NCBI RefSeq assembly: GCF_001194135.2
Contig: NC_068985.1
Span: 126,031,962-126,091,336 of the forward strand
Reading direction: 5' to 3'
Length of the DNA stretch: 59,375 nucleotides
Origin: Octopus bimaculoides
Lineage: Eukaryota
Positions 12,726 through 25,492 of the stretch are shown here, piece after piece (position 1 is the first letter of the stretch; every line of letters begins with the position of its first letter). Position numbers and translations under genes: made by a program. Under the pieces are notes generated by a model. That model was not told the origin of the DNA and ran no database searches. It saw only the letters and a list, made by a program, of their open reading frames with translations.

Positions 12726-13065
12726 CTTTTACTTGTTCCAGTCATTTGACTGCGGCCATGCTGGAGCACCACCTTAAAGGGTTTTAGTCAAAGAAATCGA
12801 CCCCATGACTTATTCTTTGTAAGCCTAGTACTTATTATATCGGTCTCTTTTTCCGAACCGCTAAGTTACAGGGACATAAACACACCAGCATCGGTTGTCA
12901 AGCGATGGCGTGGGGACAAACATAGATACACACACACACAAATACATGTATATACGAAAGACGTCTTTCAGTTTCCGTCTACCAAATCCACTCACAAGAC
13001 ACTTGCCCAAGGTGCTACGCAGTGGGACTGAAGTCGGAACCATATTGTAGGGAAGCAAGCTTCTT
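12726..13065 (-). mobile_element. tRNA-derived SINE (family A), split by the insertion at 13066-15336; remainder at 15352-15375
   Basis: Collinear with 54645-55020. The expected continuation ACCACACA.CCA.GCCTGCGCC is displaced to 15352-15375. Confidence 0.9.
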
Positions 13066-15336
13066 TATTTCATTACATTTGCTATAAAGGCATAATACAG
13101 ATGGAAGCTTGCGGGCTGGACACAGACACAATGATAATGGAAATGAAAAGAGAAATGATTGATGGGAGAAGCAGACAACGCCCGCCGATTGTTACTTCCC
13201 GAAAACATTGTCCTTTTTTAAAAAAACACAAATGAGGTATTGAACCTTTTACAACAGTTACAAATTGAGGCGCTGAGCTTCTTACCAATCAAATCTCACA
13301 AAAGCTCAGGAAATATATTCAATCGTTCTTTCAAATTGAGGCGCTAAGCTTCTTGCCAAAATCCCCAAGTTCAAATTGAGGCACTAAGACCTCTTACTCT
13401 ATCTCCCCGACTAAGTCTCTTGCCGCCTGCAGGCAAGCCTGCAGTTGCAAGTCGAGGACCCCATAAGAAAAAATTGTATTCGTCCTTGGTAAAGGAGTCC
13501 ATCACTCTACAATCATTTTCCGCCATGACCTCCGCAGCCACCTGCGGAAGCCGATCCGGGCTTTCAGGGCAGGACAGGACCTCCTCTTCCCGAACTTCCA
13601 GATTCCTAACAAAGTTCTCTACGGCCCCTCCCTTAAGAAAGAATATCACAAATTCCTCATTTATTATACCGAGAGGGGCCACAGTTTCCTCTGACGAGGT
13701 TTCAGAACATGCTGGCAGTGAACTACTAACAGCCGGCACTGTCCCATTATTTTTCTTCTTCTTCTCACCTTCGATACGGGAGGGTGTAGTACCTCTGTTT
13801 TAACCGGAGAATCTTCCCTTCCTCCCGCAGTTTTGGGGTCCTTCGGTAGGCAACCATTGTTGCCCACATTCTTCCTTTTTTCCCCTTTTTTCGGGGAGGT
13901 CACCACCGCCTCGACTGCCTCCATCTCTCCCTCCGAAGGAGGAGGGGGAGCTCTTCTCAACCAACTGTTCCCGGACCCTACTCTGGTCCTGGAAACAGTT
14001 CTTTCCAATGTGGCCTGGTTCCAGGCACAGGTGACACTGGGGGGGGGGTGTTCTTCAAGTATCACTGGGTACCTACAACCGGTCAAAATGTATCCAACTT
14101 TAATCTTTTTTTTATCTATTTTGAACTATGCAAGCCTAGATGGCAACAAAGTTANNNNNNNNNNNNNNNNNNNNNNNNNNNNNNNNNNNNNNNNNNNNNN
14201 NNNNNNNNNNNNNNNNNNNNNNNNNNNNNNNNNNNNNNNNNNNNNNNNNNNNNNNNNNNNNNNNNNNNNNNNNNNNNNNNNNNNNNNNNNNNNNNNNNNN
14301 NNNNNNNNNNNNNNNNNNNNNNNNNNNNNNNNNNNNNNNNNNNNNNNNNNNNNNNNNNNNNNNNNNNNNNNNNNNNNNNNNNNNNNNNNNNNNNNNNNNN
14401 NNNNNNNNNNNNNNNNNNNNNNNNNNNNNNNNNNNNNNNNNNNNNNNNNNNNNNNNNNNNNNNNNNNNNNNNNNNNNNNNNNNNNNNNNNNNNNNNNNNN
14501 NNNNNNNNNNNNNNNNNNNNNNNNNNNNNNNNNNNNNNNNNNNNNNNNNNNNNNNNNNNNNNNNNNNNNNNNNNNNNNNNNNNNNNNNNNNNNNNNNNNN
14601 NNNNNNNNNNNNNNNNNNNNNNNNNNNNNNNNNNNNNNNNNNNNNNNNNNNNNNNNNNNNNNNNNNNNNNNNNNNNNNNNNNNNNNNNNNNNNNNNNNNN
14701 NNNNNNNNNNNNNNNNNNNNNNNNNNNNNNNNNNNNNNNNNNNNNNNNNNNNNNNNNNNNNNNNNNNNNNNNNNNNNNNNNNNNNNNNNNNNNNNNNNNN
14801 NNNNNNNNNNNNNNNNNNNNNNNNNNNNNNNNNNNNNNNNNNNNNNNNNNNNNNNNNNNNNNNNNNNNNNNNNNNNNNNNNNNNNNNNNNNNNNNNNNNN
14901 NNNNNNNNNNNNNNNNNNNNNNNNNNNNNNNNNNNNNNNNNNNNNNNNNNNNNNNNNNNNNNNNNNNNNNNNNNNNNNNNNNNNNNNNNNNNNNNNNNNN
15001 NNNNNNNNNNNNNNNNNNNNNNNNNNNNNNNNNNNNNNNNNNNNNNNNNNNNNNNNGTAGGGATACGCCCTCAAAACACAATTCTCATCGCTAAGTGAGA
15101 CTCTAAGCACTACTACAGGCAGACATTTGCCCGGAACTCAGTGGAAATTTCTTGTTCGACAAAATAAATAAACACGAGCAACAAACTCACACTGAATCCT
15201 CCCCCGCCCCCGCCAAAAAATAAACGAATGTCTTACCTTGTAGTTGTGCTTAACTTGTTCAATAATTCACGACGTTGGTGTCGACAGCGTCGTGACTCCT
15301 AGCAGTGCAAAGAAAAACACTAACCAACGCATGCGC
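13066..15336 (-). mobile_element. ORF1-only (HAL1-like) non-LTR retroelement, probably L1/Tx1-derived, with a 15-bp TSD
   Basis: Exact direct repeat GGAAGCAAGCTTCTT at 13051-13065 and 15337-15351. Gag-like ORF with a CCHC knuckle. Only ~300 bp of 3' UTR, ending at AATAAA, lies downstream of the ORF1 stop. Contains a ~900-N gap. Confidence 0.8.
13371..14086 (-). pseudogene. Frameshifted ORF1 (gag-like, CX2CX4HX4C zinc knuckle), C-terminal half
   Basis: 13995-14036 on the minus strand reads CHLCLEPGHIGKNC, reached by a frameshift in the poly-G run at about 14039-14048. It is followed by a Lys/Glu/Pro-rich linker and ends ...RVRGLSASI* at 13371. Confidence 0.8.
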
Positions 15337-16056
15337 GGAAGCAAGCTTCTTACCACACAACCATGCCTGCGCCTATCTAAAAAAAAAGAGAGATTCTTAA
15401 AATAAAAAAATAAAAAAAGTATAGAGTGGTCCCGGGGTTCTAGCAAACAGGAAAAAGATGGGAGGTCACGTCTGGGTTGCCTTTAGCCATGAGCATCTTT
15501 GATCAATTATAACCTGGCGCTAAACAACATAAAGCGACAGTAATAGAAACAGAAATAACAACCAAGCAGAAATATAAGCAAACATTGAGAAGATTGTAAC
15601 TGGAACATCTTTGCTCACAGATTACACCTGGAGCTGAACTACTACAGAAATGTAGTGAATTTAACTTCGTCAGAAACGTAATCAATTCGCTCTCGGCCAT
15701 TAATCTATACCAACACCATTATCATTACTACAAATACTTCAGCCATCACCACCACTTTCCCCTCATCAAACTCGTAATTATCTTCATTAATCTAATTAGA
15801 CTAAGAAGTCGAAACATGGCCCCCTTCCACAAACACATACCGGCATATACATACTTAATAAACTGTCAAGCATGTATTCATGCGCATATATAGGTGTAAT
15901 ACAAATAGGTGTGTATATTTACACTTCTTAAGAAACACTCCATTAACAGTTATATATACAAGCATTCTCACACACTTGTGTGTGTGCGTGCGTGTGTGTT
16001 TGTGTGCGTGAGTATGTGTGTGTATGTATGTATATATATGTACGTATATACAAACA

Positions 16057-16096
<40 letters not shown>

Positions 16097-16676
16097 TACT
16101 CATACACAGCCTACAATCATACTAATCAAGAATCTCATCAGCAGCAACATCAACAACAACGACTACAATAACCATAGTTTCATCTGTTAAAAGAATAAAT
16201 TACTGTTTGGAAATGAAGAATTCTGCAGAGAATATCAACTGAATAGCTGTTGTTTATTTTCCTGGGATTTGCATATGATACGACAATCGTATATTATAGG
16301 ACAAAGTTTAGAATAAAGCATGGCTGAATATAACCAGAAATCATACCTAACCTCTGAATGTGGGATAATGAAGTAGACAATGGGATATTAAATAGTATTA
16401 TATTATGATAACTGTAACAATGAATTAACGTTAATAGCATTGACTGTGTGGTGGGGGTGGACACGAAGGTAGCAGCAACAATAACTGAGTTAGGCAGAAG
16501 TTGTGGAAACAAAAAGAATCACGGCGGTAGAAATACGGGGGGGGGGAACGGCGAATCGGTGGCAGTGTCTGTAGTGTTTACGACANNNNNNNNNNGGTGG
16601 CAGTGTCTGTAGTGTTTACGACAACTACAGAACAAACAAATATGATAAGAACAGCAACAACAACAATAATATTGTT

Positions 16677-17085
16677 GGTCTCAAATTTTGGCACAAGGCC
16701 AGCAATTTCGGAGGAGGGGTGGGTCGGTCACATTGATCCCAGTGTTCAACTGCTATTTTTTTTATCGATATCGAACGGATGAAAAGCAAAGTCCACTTTG
16801 GCGAAATTTGAACTCGGAAGGCAAGAACAGACTAAATGCAGCTAAGCATTTTATCTGGCGTGCTGACTATTTTGCCAGCTCACCGCCTTAGAAGCAAACA
16901 GTAATATTGGTTAGAAATTTTGGTATAGGGCCAACAATTTCGAGGGAAGGAGGTAAGTCGATTAAATCGATCCCAGTTCTCAACTGATGCTTATTTTGTC
17001 GATCACGATAGGATGAATGGCAAATTCGACCTCAATGGAATTTGAACTCAGAAAGTAAGGACGGACGAAAAGCCGCTAACAGTAA
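16677..17085 (-). mobile_element. Two tandem SINE copies (family B)
   Basis: Both start AAATTTTGG(C/T)A(C/T)A(A/G)GGCCA(G/A)CAATTTCG and contain ATTTGAACTC(G/A)GAA. Reverse complement of 30508-30710. Confidence 0.85.
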
Positions 17086-17089
17086 TATT

Positions 17090-17760
17090 GAGCGGAGAAA
17101 TAAATACACCAACAGTAGAGGCTGCCACCAACAGTGAGAGAATCAGTTACGACAGCAGCAAATGGTGACGCTAATGAACAGTTGCAGCTTTAGTTGTGCA
17201 GCAGCATGGACTGTAAAAGAATTGGCAGCAATAGTTACACTAACAACACTGGTACAACAGCAATGCAACTGCAACAGTTACAGGATTATTTCTGCAGCAA
17301 CAATGGCAACCGAAAAAGCATTTGTGTTAACAGAAATGGTGCAACCATGACGCAGCTGTATCAGGAAAAGAATTACTTGTACCGGAGCAACGGCGCTCGT
17401 GAGGACTTCAATTGAAGCGATAGTAGCAGTACCAATAGCTATAGTAGCGGTTGTAACAGCAGTAATGGTGATAGCAGTTGACAGCCTTGGCGGTAGTATA
17501 TTGGTGCTAACAACAGCAATGGACAGTAAGTGAACGACAGCAGCAATGATAACAACCGCAGGCTCCAGCAATCGTGGTAATAAATGTAGTGACATTTATG
17601 GCAACACCAAGTACAAGAGCATCTCTTAAAGTAACAACATACAAGAACATCAGCGATGAAGGCAGCACTGAGGGAAGATAATGCTTCTACGCAGCAACAA
17701 TTACAAAATGTTTTAACAGCTATACTGAAGGTGATCTTTTGAAGTAGACCAAAAATCAAA
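17090..17760. repeat. Decayed CAG/CAA/AGT-rich triplet low-complexity tract
   Basis: Dense ACAGCAGCA, AACAACA and AGTAGTAG words with stop codons in all frames. Confidence 0.6.
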
Positions 17761-18085
17761 CAGCAACAACTCCTTTCTTCGGGTAAAATGACGTAGCATA
17801 CAGAGAGATATTGTGAATAGTCGTAGGTACCAGAAACAATAGAAAATTGGCGAGTGGTTTACTAGTGTATAGTCTAATTATTAAAGCACCAGTGGGACAA
17901 TTCTTGTATAGGGAAAAGGCGTTGCAAACCTCCGAAGCATGAAGAGAGAAACGTGCAAGTGTGATATGTTAGTACGTATGTATGTATGAATGTATGTATA
18001 TTTTAGCTTTTCTAGCAGTGTAGCTGTCACACCCTAGTCATATTTAGTGACAATTGTAGTTTTCTTTTTTGCATACTGCTGTCTA

Positions 18086-18128
<43 letters not shown>

Positions 18129-19004
18129 GTCTATACACACACACACACATNNNNNNNNNNNNNNNNNNNNNNNNNNNNNNNNNNNNNNNNNNNNNNNNNN
18201 NNNNNNNNNNNNNNNNNNNNNNNNNNNNNNNNNNNNNNNNNNNNNNNNNNNNNNNNNNNNNNNNNNNNNNNNNNNNNNNNNNNNNNNNNNNNNNNNNNNN
18301 NNNNNNNNNNNNNNNNNNNNNNNNNNNNNNNNNNNNNNNNNNNNNNNNNNNNNNNNNNNNNNNNNNNNNNNNNNNTATATATGGGGTGTTTTATTATTTA
18401 CTTAATTTGTCAACTAACTTTGTTGCCATCTAGGCTTGCATAGTTCAAAACAGATTTAAAAGATTAAAGATGAATACATTTTGGGACAGAGGCAATTTCG
18501 TCTGTCACTTTATCAATCTTCTGGTATTATAAAAAGCACAGCATCATTATAGAAATCTCAATGAAAAACGTTGGTTGAAAGACAAAAAAAAAACGGGTCC
18601 TGTTTAATTCAGAAGCTGACGCTGAAGTGGTAGAAAGAGATTTTGATGACTGATCAGCAGTTAATTTAGTTTTAATCAACGATATTTGGATCAATTTGGT
18701 AAGTGGGTTGCAGAGTAAACTTAGAAGCTGATCATAACAAAATTATGTTGGCTTAATTACAACGATATTCCAGGTGAACTCACCTAAACAAATTGGAAAT
18801 CTGTCACCTATGAAGAGTAAACATTGAAATATTCCATTTGAAAAAGATATTAGCCTATACTTACTTCTCGAATATAATTACTTCATTATAGTTTCTACTA
18901 TTTTCTACTGTTATAATTTTTACACGTGCCTAGATAGTTTAGAGGAGAAGGAAGTGATGTAGATTGCATCGACTGGTACTCATTTTATCAACCCGAAAGG
19001 ATCG

Positions 19005-19041
<37 letters not shown>

Positions 19042-19062
19042 TAATAATAATAATAATAATAA

Positions 19063-20590
19063 CAATCTGACAACAGAAATGAACGGACCGGTACCCTACG
19101 AAAATGATGACCGTCAAAATAAAGGGCCGGACGTTGTTCCTCATGTCCTGCAAATAGAACCAAAACGGCATAAATGGACACGTGAGGAATATATTTCAAT
19201 CCTACACGATTACTTTACAGCAGTGCTCTACCCAAAGAACGAAAACTCAACAACACATCCATATAAAATACGATGATGACCAACAACGAATAGTGATGAT
19301 GCTGAGCCGATATAGTAGAGAGGACCAGGATCAAGTTGATAGATTGAGTAGAGAGGAATTGCAGAAAGAAAGCATAAGAATAATACTGGAAAGTACATAT
19401 AGAATAAGAGATAAAGGGTGTGATGTAATATTGGAAGAATTGAAACAAAGAGTAGTAGCAATCAAAGCAAAAGTGGAAAGATATGACAATAGAATAAAAC
19501 ACTTCAAGCAAAACAGATTGTTTGAAGCAAATCAGAAGAAACTGTTTCAGAAGCTAGATGGGCAATCACAAGTAACAATAATACCAGATGCAGAGGAAAG
19601 CAGGTTATTCTGGAGAGGGATCTGGGACCAACCTGTAGAGAATAATGATGAAGCGGAGTGGCTGCATGAAATCAAGATAGATTAAGAAACAAAGACGCCC
19701 AAGAAGACATAAAGATAAGTACAGAAATGATAAAAACGCAATTGACAAAATCCCAAATTGGAAGAGCCCAGGACCGGATGGGATCCAAGGCTATTGGATG
19801 AAGAAGCTGAGAGGGCTCCATGAAAGGATAGCGCATCAGCTAGATGAATTGCTAACAGAAAGGCGCAGTCTCCAGCTGGATGACAAAAGGAAAGACATTG
19901 TTTTGTGCCAAGGATCCTGAAAACGCAAAATGTTGCATCCAACTTTAGACCAATAATGTGCCTTCCGCTAATGTGGAAACTAATGTCCGGTGTGTTGGTC
20001 GGTGAACTGTATAGACACCTGGAAAACAGTGAGCTGCTGCCTATTGAACAGAAAGGTACCGAAAGAGGAGCCGGGGAACGGAGAATGAGCTCTTAATTAA
20101 TAATCTAATTATTAGGAACCCCAATGCAAGACACACAAACCTGAGCATGGCATGGGTTGACTATCGCAAAGCATACGATATGATACCACACTCCTGGATA
20201 ATAAAAACAATGGAAATGCGTGGAGTAGCAGAGAATATGAGAAGCCTTATATGGAATAGCATGAAATGCTGGAGAACGGAATTGACAGCACGGAATCAAG
20301 TATTAGGACAGGTGAAAATAAAGGGAGGTATCTTCCAGAGGGCAGTGTGTCTCTACTGATCTTCGTGCTGGGAATGATCCCATTGAGTGAAATACTAGAG
20401 AAAACAAAGTTGGGGTATGAAGAGGTAAGGGAAAACTGAACCACTTGCTATTCATGGACGAAACTATTCACAAAAGCTGGGGCAGAACTCGACAGCCTAG
20501 TCCAGTTTGTGCAGATTTTCTCCAATGATTATTAAGATGGAGTTTAGTCTCTTAAAATGTGCTACGATGATGATGAGACGAGGAAAGCTT
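19063..20590 (+). mobile_element. Dong/R4-type non-LTR retrotransposon: 5' end retained, internally deleted, truncated within RT
   Basis: N-terminal KRHKWTREEY. RT motifs [44 protein letters not shown] and NHLLFMDE, with frameshifts and stops. Starts directly after (TAA)n at 19005-19062. Confidence 0.85.
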
Positions 20591-21562
20591 TTCTTTACCC
20601 TATTTTAGAGTAACACTTGTATGATGAGGATACTGCAGTACTCCGTCTCAGAATGCAGGATTCGATGGCTTATCAGGCGGTGAAGGAGTTCCGTAGGTGT
20701 TTCGGATCCTTCCACTGCAAAAGCAGAGCTTGCCCAGGACCACCTACCAATGTTAGCAACAAAACTCCCGCACAACAGAACGAGCTTTGTTGAGTCAGAT
20801 AATGCCTCTCTGGGTCTGGAGGATAGATGTCTGAAATATTTCTTTATGTGATTCTGCAATCGATGAGGGAACATATAACTACCACTGAATTGTCCGATGA
20901 AGAATGATGTACAGATAAATTTATTCAGAGAAACAGCAATTGAAAAGTTATTTACATATAATCAACAGCGAGACAGTCTCACAGAAAAAAAATAGAATAA
21001 TCAACAAAGTGGCAAATGAAACAACGGCAACAATAGAAAATGCCGATCTAAAACAACATTTGAAACTAGTTAATACAGATGGTAGCTATAGACGTACGAA
21101 TAAAACCGGTACAAAGAGGGCAAAGCCAGCTATTGAAAAAATTCCTAGCCGGAGGTTCGCTGTAAATGGAAAAAATCTTTTAAGATAAGGAATTTATTTC
21201 AAACAACATAAATCCTGCTTTGAGAACTTTGTTCCTTTCAAGTTGAAAAGTTGTAAGATTTTATTCTATATATACACCTGGTATGTATGTATATGTGTGT
21301 GTGTGTTAGTGTGTGTGTGTGTTAGTGTGTGTGTGTGTTAGTGTGTGTGTGAGTTAGTGTGTGTGTGTACATACATAATACACATATAAGCATATATGTA
21401 TATATATACACACACATATGCATATACATATATATGTATGCGTGTGTATGTGTTTGCGTGTGTATGCATCTATGTATTTATAGTTTTCCACACACACACA
21501 CACACACACGTATATATATATATGCATGTATGTATGAATGTTTCTCTATCTGTATATCTATC

Positions 21563-21614
<52 letters not shown>

Positions 21615-21980
21615 ATATAAATAAATATATACATAGCGATTTATAGATATATGTATTTATGTATATGTGTGTATATACACTCATATGCTTACATACATAC
21701 AGACAGACAGACAGACAGGCAGACAAGTACACACACACATATACACATGTTTATGTATGTATATACCCATCTATCTATCTGTCTGTGTCTCTGTCTCTTT
21801 TCCAGTTTTTTTTTTATCATTGTTAAACCTATCAACCTTGATGAATCTTCCGACGCCATTATCTTCAGATTAATGTTCAAATCGTGATTCAATGATTGCT
21901 TCCCGGTCAGGATTTCCGCTATACCTCTTTCAGACTGTTCCACTCTACCTTAATCATCGTACACACCACCACTATAACCG

Positions 21981-22050
<70 letters not shown>

Positions 22051-23324
22051 GTTGTTGTTGTTGTTGTTGTTATTAAGTAGTGCTCTATTTGTTGCGTGTG
22101 TTAGTCCTATTTTCTATTGTTTGAACTCTGTGCTTTGGGTATGGGCGATATGTTTTCTGTTGTGTAGGAAGTGCTATACAAAGTGGTTTTATACATTGTA
22201 TATTGTATATGAGTGTAATTCTGGAGTTTGAGGTTAGCATATTTTTTTAGTAATTCTGAAAGTCATTGTTGTTAAAGACATCGTTTATATTTTCAGTCGC
22301 CAAATTTGGGTTGTTTCTGTTTCCAGGTAGCTTTGGATAAAAAAATACTCAAATCCTGATCGATATACCCTATCGTGTAGTATGACTAAGGATTCGATTA
22401 TAAGAAATTCTTGTGACAACAATGCGCTCAGTTTAATTTCTATCTTTGGTTTGGCATAAGGTCATGTTGTCATGCTGTGAGGCCTTTAACTAATGTATGC
22501 TTGTACTATATCTTTTAAACTCGGTATTTCATAAGGCTGTCATAATTCACTGTATAAAGCTTAAACATCGTAATAATTTAAAATGTACTCTTTCTAGGTT
22601 TGAACTGGTCAATCAGAAACCCTGAAATTAATTGTTTCTATTATATCTCCACATTTTCTGCAATTTCATATTTCATTCTGGCTAATTACATACATGTCTT
22701 TCGTAGCTTCTGGTGAGAAGATCCTGCGCCGCAATAAAAATAATATCTTTCAGTTTCATCAAGTTCTTCATGCAACATTTGAGGTGGGAGTCGAGAACAA
22801 GAATGGAGGTGCTACCCTCCAGTAAGTTTTATATAAGGCGAGAGAGACTGGTGAAATTGGCCAGGCTATATGGGCCTCTACTATCAATGCGGTTGCAGGC
22901 TGGAAGCAAGATCTGTGAGGTGTATTGGGCTATCTGGAATTATGAGAGATAACTCGAATTTAAGGTAGCAAACCGTTTTATTGAAACTTTCCTTGTTAAT
23001 ATTTCTTGATCAATAATGTTAGTGTTATATATTATTATTCATTTGCTATGATTTTTTATTGTTATTGTTGACGTTGCCCTTGTACTTTTAGATATAGTGG
23101 CAGTATATCACAAAAGTGTGGACCTCCTGCTTTAAGCATATCTCAGACTCAGAAAGGAGGAAAACTAGATGTCTCTTCTTCGTGATGGTCAAAAGGGATT
23201 TGCATATATCCTCAAAGGAAGGATTAAGGAAAATCATTAACGTTATATGCAATAGCATTTGATCCATTGATAGACGTAGGGCATATGTATGTGCACACTC
23301 TTGAAAGACAGATCGAGGTGAAAA

Positions 23325-23445
23325 AAAAAGCTCCTTTCATCCTTTCAAGGTCAATAAATTAAGTACCAGTTGCGTACTGGGATCCATCTAATCGACTGGC
23401 CCCCTCCCCAAAAATTTCCGGCCTTGTGCTTAGAGCCGAAAAGAC
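23325..23445 (+). mobile_element. SINE family B, 3' part
   Basis: CCTTTCATCCTTTC...ATAAATTAAGTACCAG...AATTTCCGGCCTTGTGC matches 30605-30710. Confidence 0.8.
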
Positions 23446-24033
23446 TATTCCTATCTATCTATCTATCTATCGATCTATCTATTCTACACACACCTACACA
23501 CATACACACACACAATCATGTAACTGTAACCTGTAATTATCGATTGAAGTAACTACACCTACTACCAACTATAGAGTAAATAAACAAAATAAACAAATGA
23601 ATCAACAAGTAAATGCATATTTCTCAAGTTTATGTCGAATTCCAATCATTACGGGACTGATTGATTGATGGAACTGATTGACTATTTCAATCTTTCATCG
23701 ATTCATATCAAGCGATTCACAGACTTCATTTACTATGAAGCTCTCATTGTTTCAGTTTCTTTTCGATTCCTCTGTTGGTTATTCTGTATCACAGGCATTC
23801 ATTAGTGTTTTGTGTTAGTCTCTTGTGACCGATGTTTTCATTATATATTTATTATTCCTAATTCTTTAACAGCTGTTGTTACTGTCGTTGCTGTAGCAGA
23901 TGGCGTTGAATCGCCTAAATTTTTCCATGATTTTATTCTTTTAAAACTCAGATCTCTAAGCACCCACATACATACAAAAACATGCATAAATACGCAATCC
24001 TATATATCTACATGTAATTATAAAAATACTTGC

Positions 24034-24096
<63 letters not shown>

Positions 24097-24182
24097 GATA
24101 TACATACATACATACATACGTTCATACATACATACATTCTAGTACATATATGTATATATACATAAACATTCATGAACATATG

Positions 24183-24221
<39 letters not shown>

Positions 24222-24652
24222 TGTGTGTAGGTATAAATACACACATATATATGCATATAGATGTGTAAGGATGGATATATACATATATAGATAACACACA
24301 CATACACATATATATGCCTGCAAATGTATGTATATGTATGGATAGGTATACATGTGAATGCCTACGTATGTACGTATATGTGTAAATGTGTGTGAATGTG
24401 TTGTATGTAGCTTGATTATATAAGATGGTTTCCAGCAGAACTCTGTGTGGATATCAGCTATCCTCAGAGAATATATATCAGTTTTACAATTAACACCACC
24501 TGTGTAGTTTACAACTTTTCTGCTCTCGCTTGGAACTTTGTAACCGACACAAACAATATATACACTGTATATATATATATATATATATATATAATTCTCT
24601 CCTTTCTATCTCTCTCTTTCTCTGTCTTTCAGTCTCTCTCTCTATCTCTCTC

Positions 24653-24712
<60 letters not shown>

Positions 24713-24939
24713 TATATATACACACACACAGACGCTGCATACATATATATCTAAGTAGGTATGTGTAAGTGTGTGTGTGTGTGCGTGCGCGTGTGTGCGT
24801 ACATATATATTATCAAATACACGTTAACGCTCATACACTCACACTCACACGCACGCACGCATACATACACACACATATACACATAGCACTCTCTCTCTCT
24901 CTTCTTATCTCACCCTCGCTCTCTCGCTCTCTGTATGTG

Positions 24940-24999
<60 letters not shown>

Positions 25000-25040
25000 T
25001 ATACATATATATCCACGTATGTGTGTATATGTGTGTGTGT

Positions 25041-25135
<95 letters not shown>

Positions 25136-25492
25136 CGCGCGCGTGTATGTTGTGTGTCTGTCTGTGTGTACGTGTGCGTGTGTGTACCTGTGTCTGTGCG
25201 TGTTTGTGTTTGCTCCCTCCACCGCTTGACAACCGACATTGGTTTGTTGTCTTCCAGCAGTTCGACTAAGCCCTCCAATGCAGTTCTCCAGTAGTGCCTC
25301 AGTCGAATGGCTAAAACAAGTAAGTGATAGTAGACGTATGCTTACATATTCATTTGTAAATAATCATGAATGTATATGCATTAAATGTAAGTCTGTGTGA
25401 TGTGCTGTGTTTATGGAAGTCTGTTAATGTATGTATGTATGCCTTTAAGAGTTTTTGATTCTCTGTGTATGTTTGCATAACGTGTGAAATGC

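Noticed and set aside
16557-16625. 28-bp direct repeat GGTGGCAGTGTCTGTAGTGTTTACGACA on both sides of a ~10-N gap
   Set aside because: Typical overlapping contig ends (negative gap), so an assembly artefact.
22710-22950. Possible old RTE-LINE 3' fragment (WESRTRMEVL...IRRERLVKLA)
   Set aside because: The resemblance is too weak to support without an alignment.
24421-24475. Minus-strand CTGAGGA-TAGC...GCTG-GAAAC hammerhead-like core
   Set aside because: Core and stem II are present but there is no GUH triplet and no adjacent stem I; could be chance.
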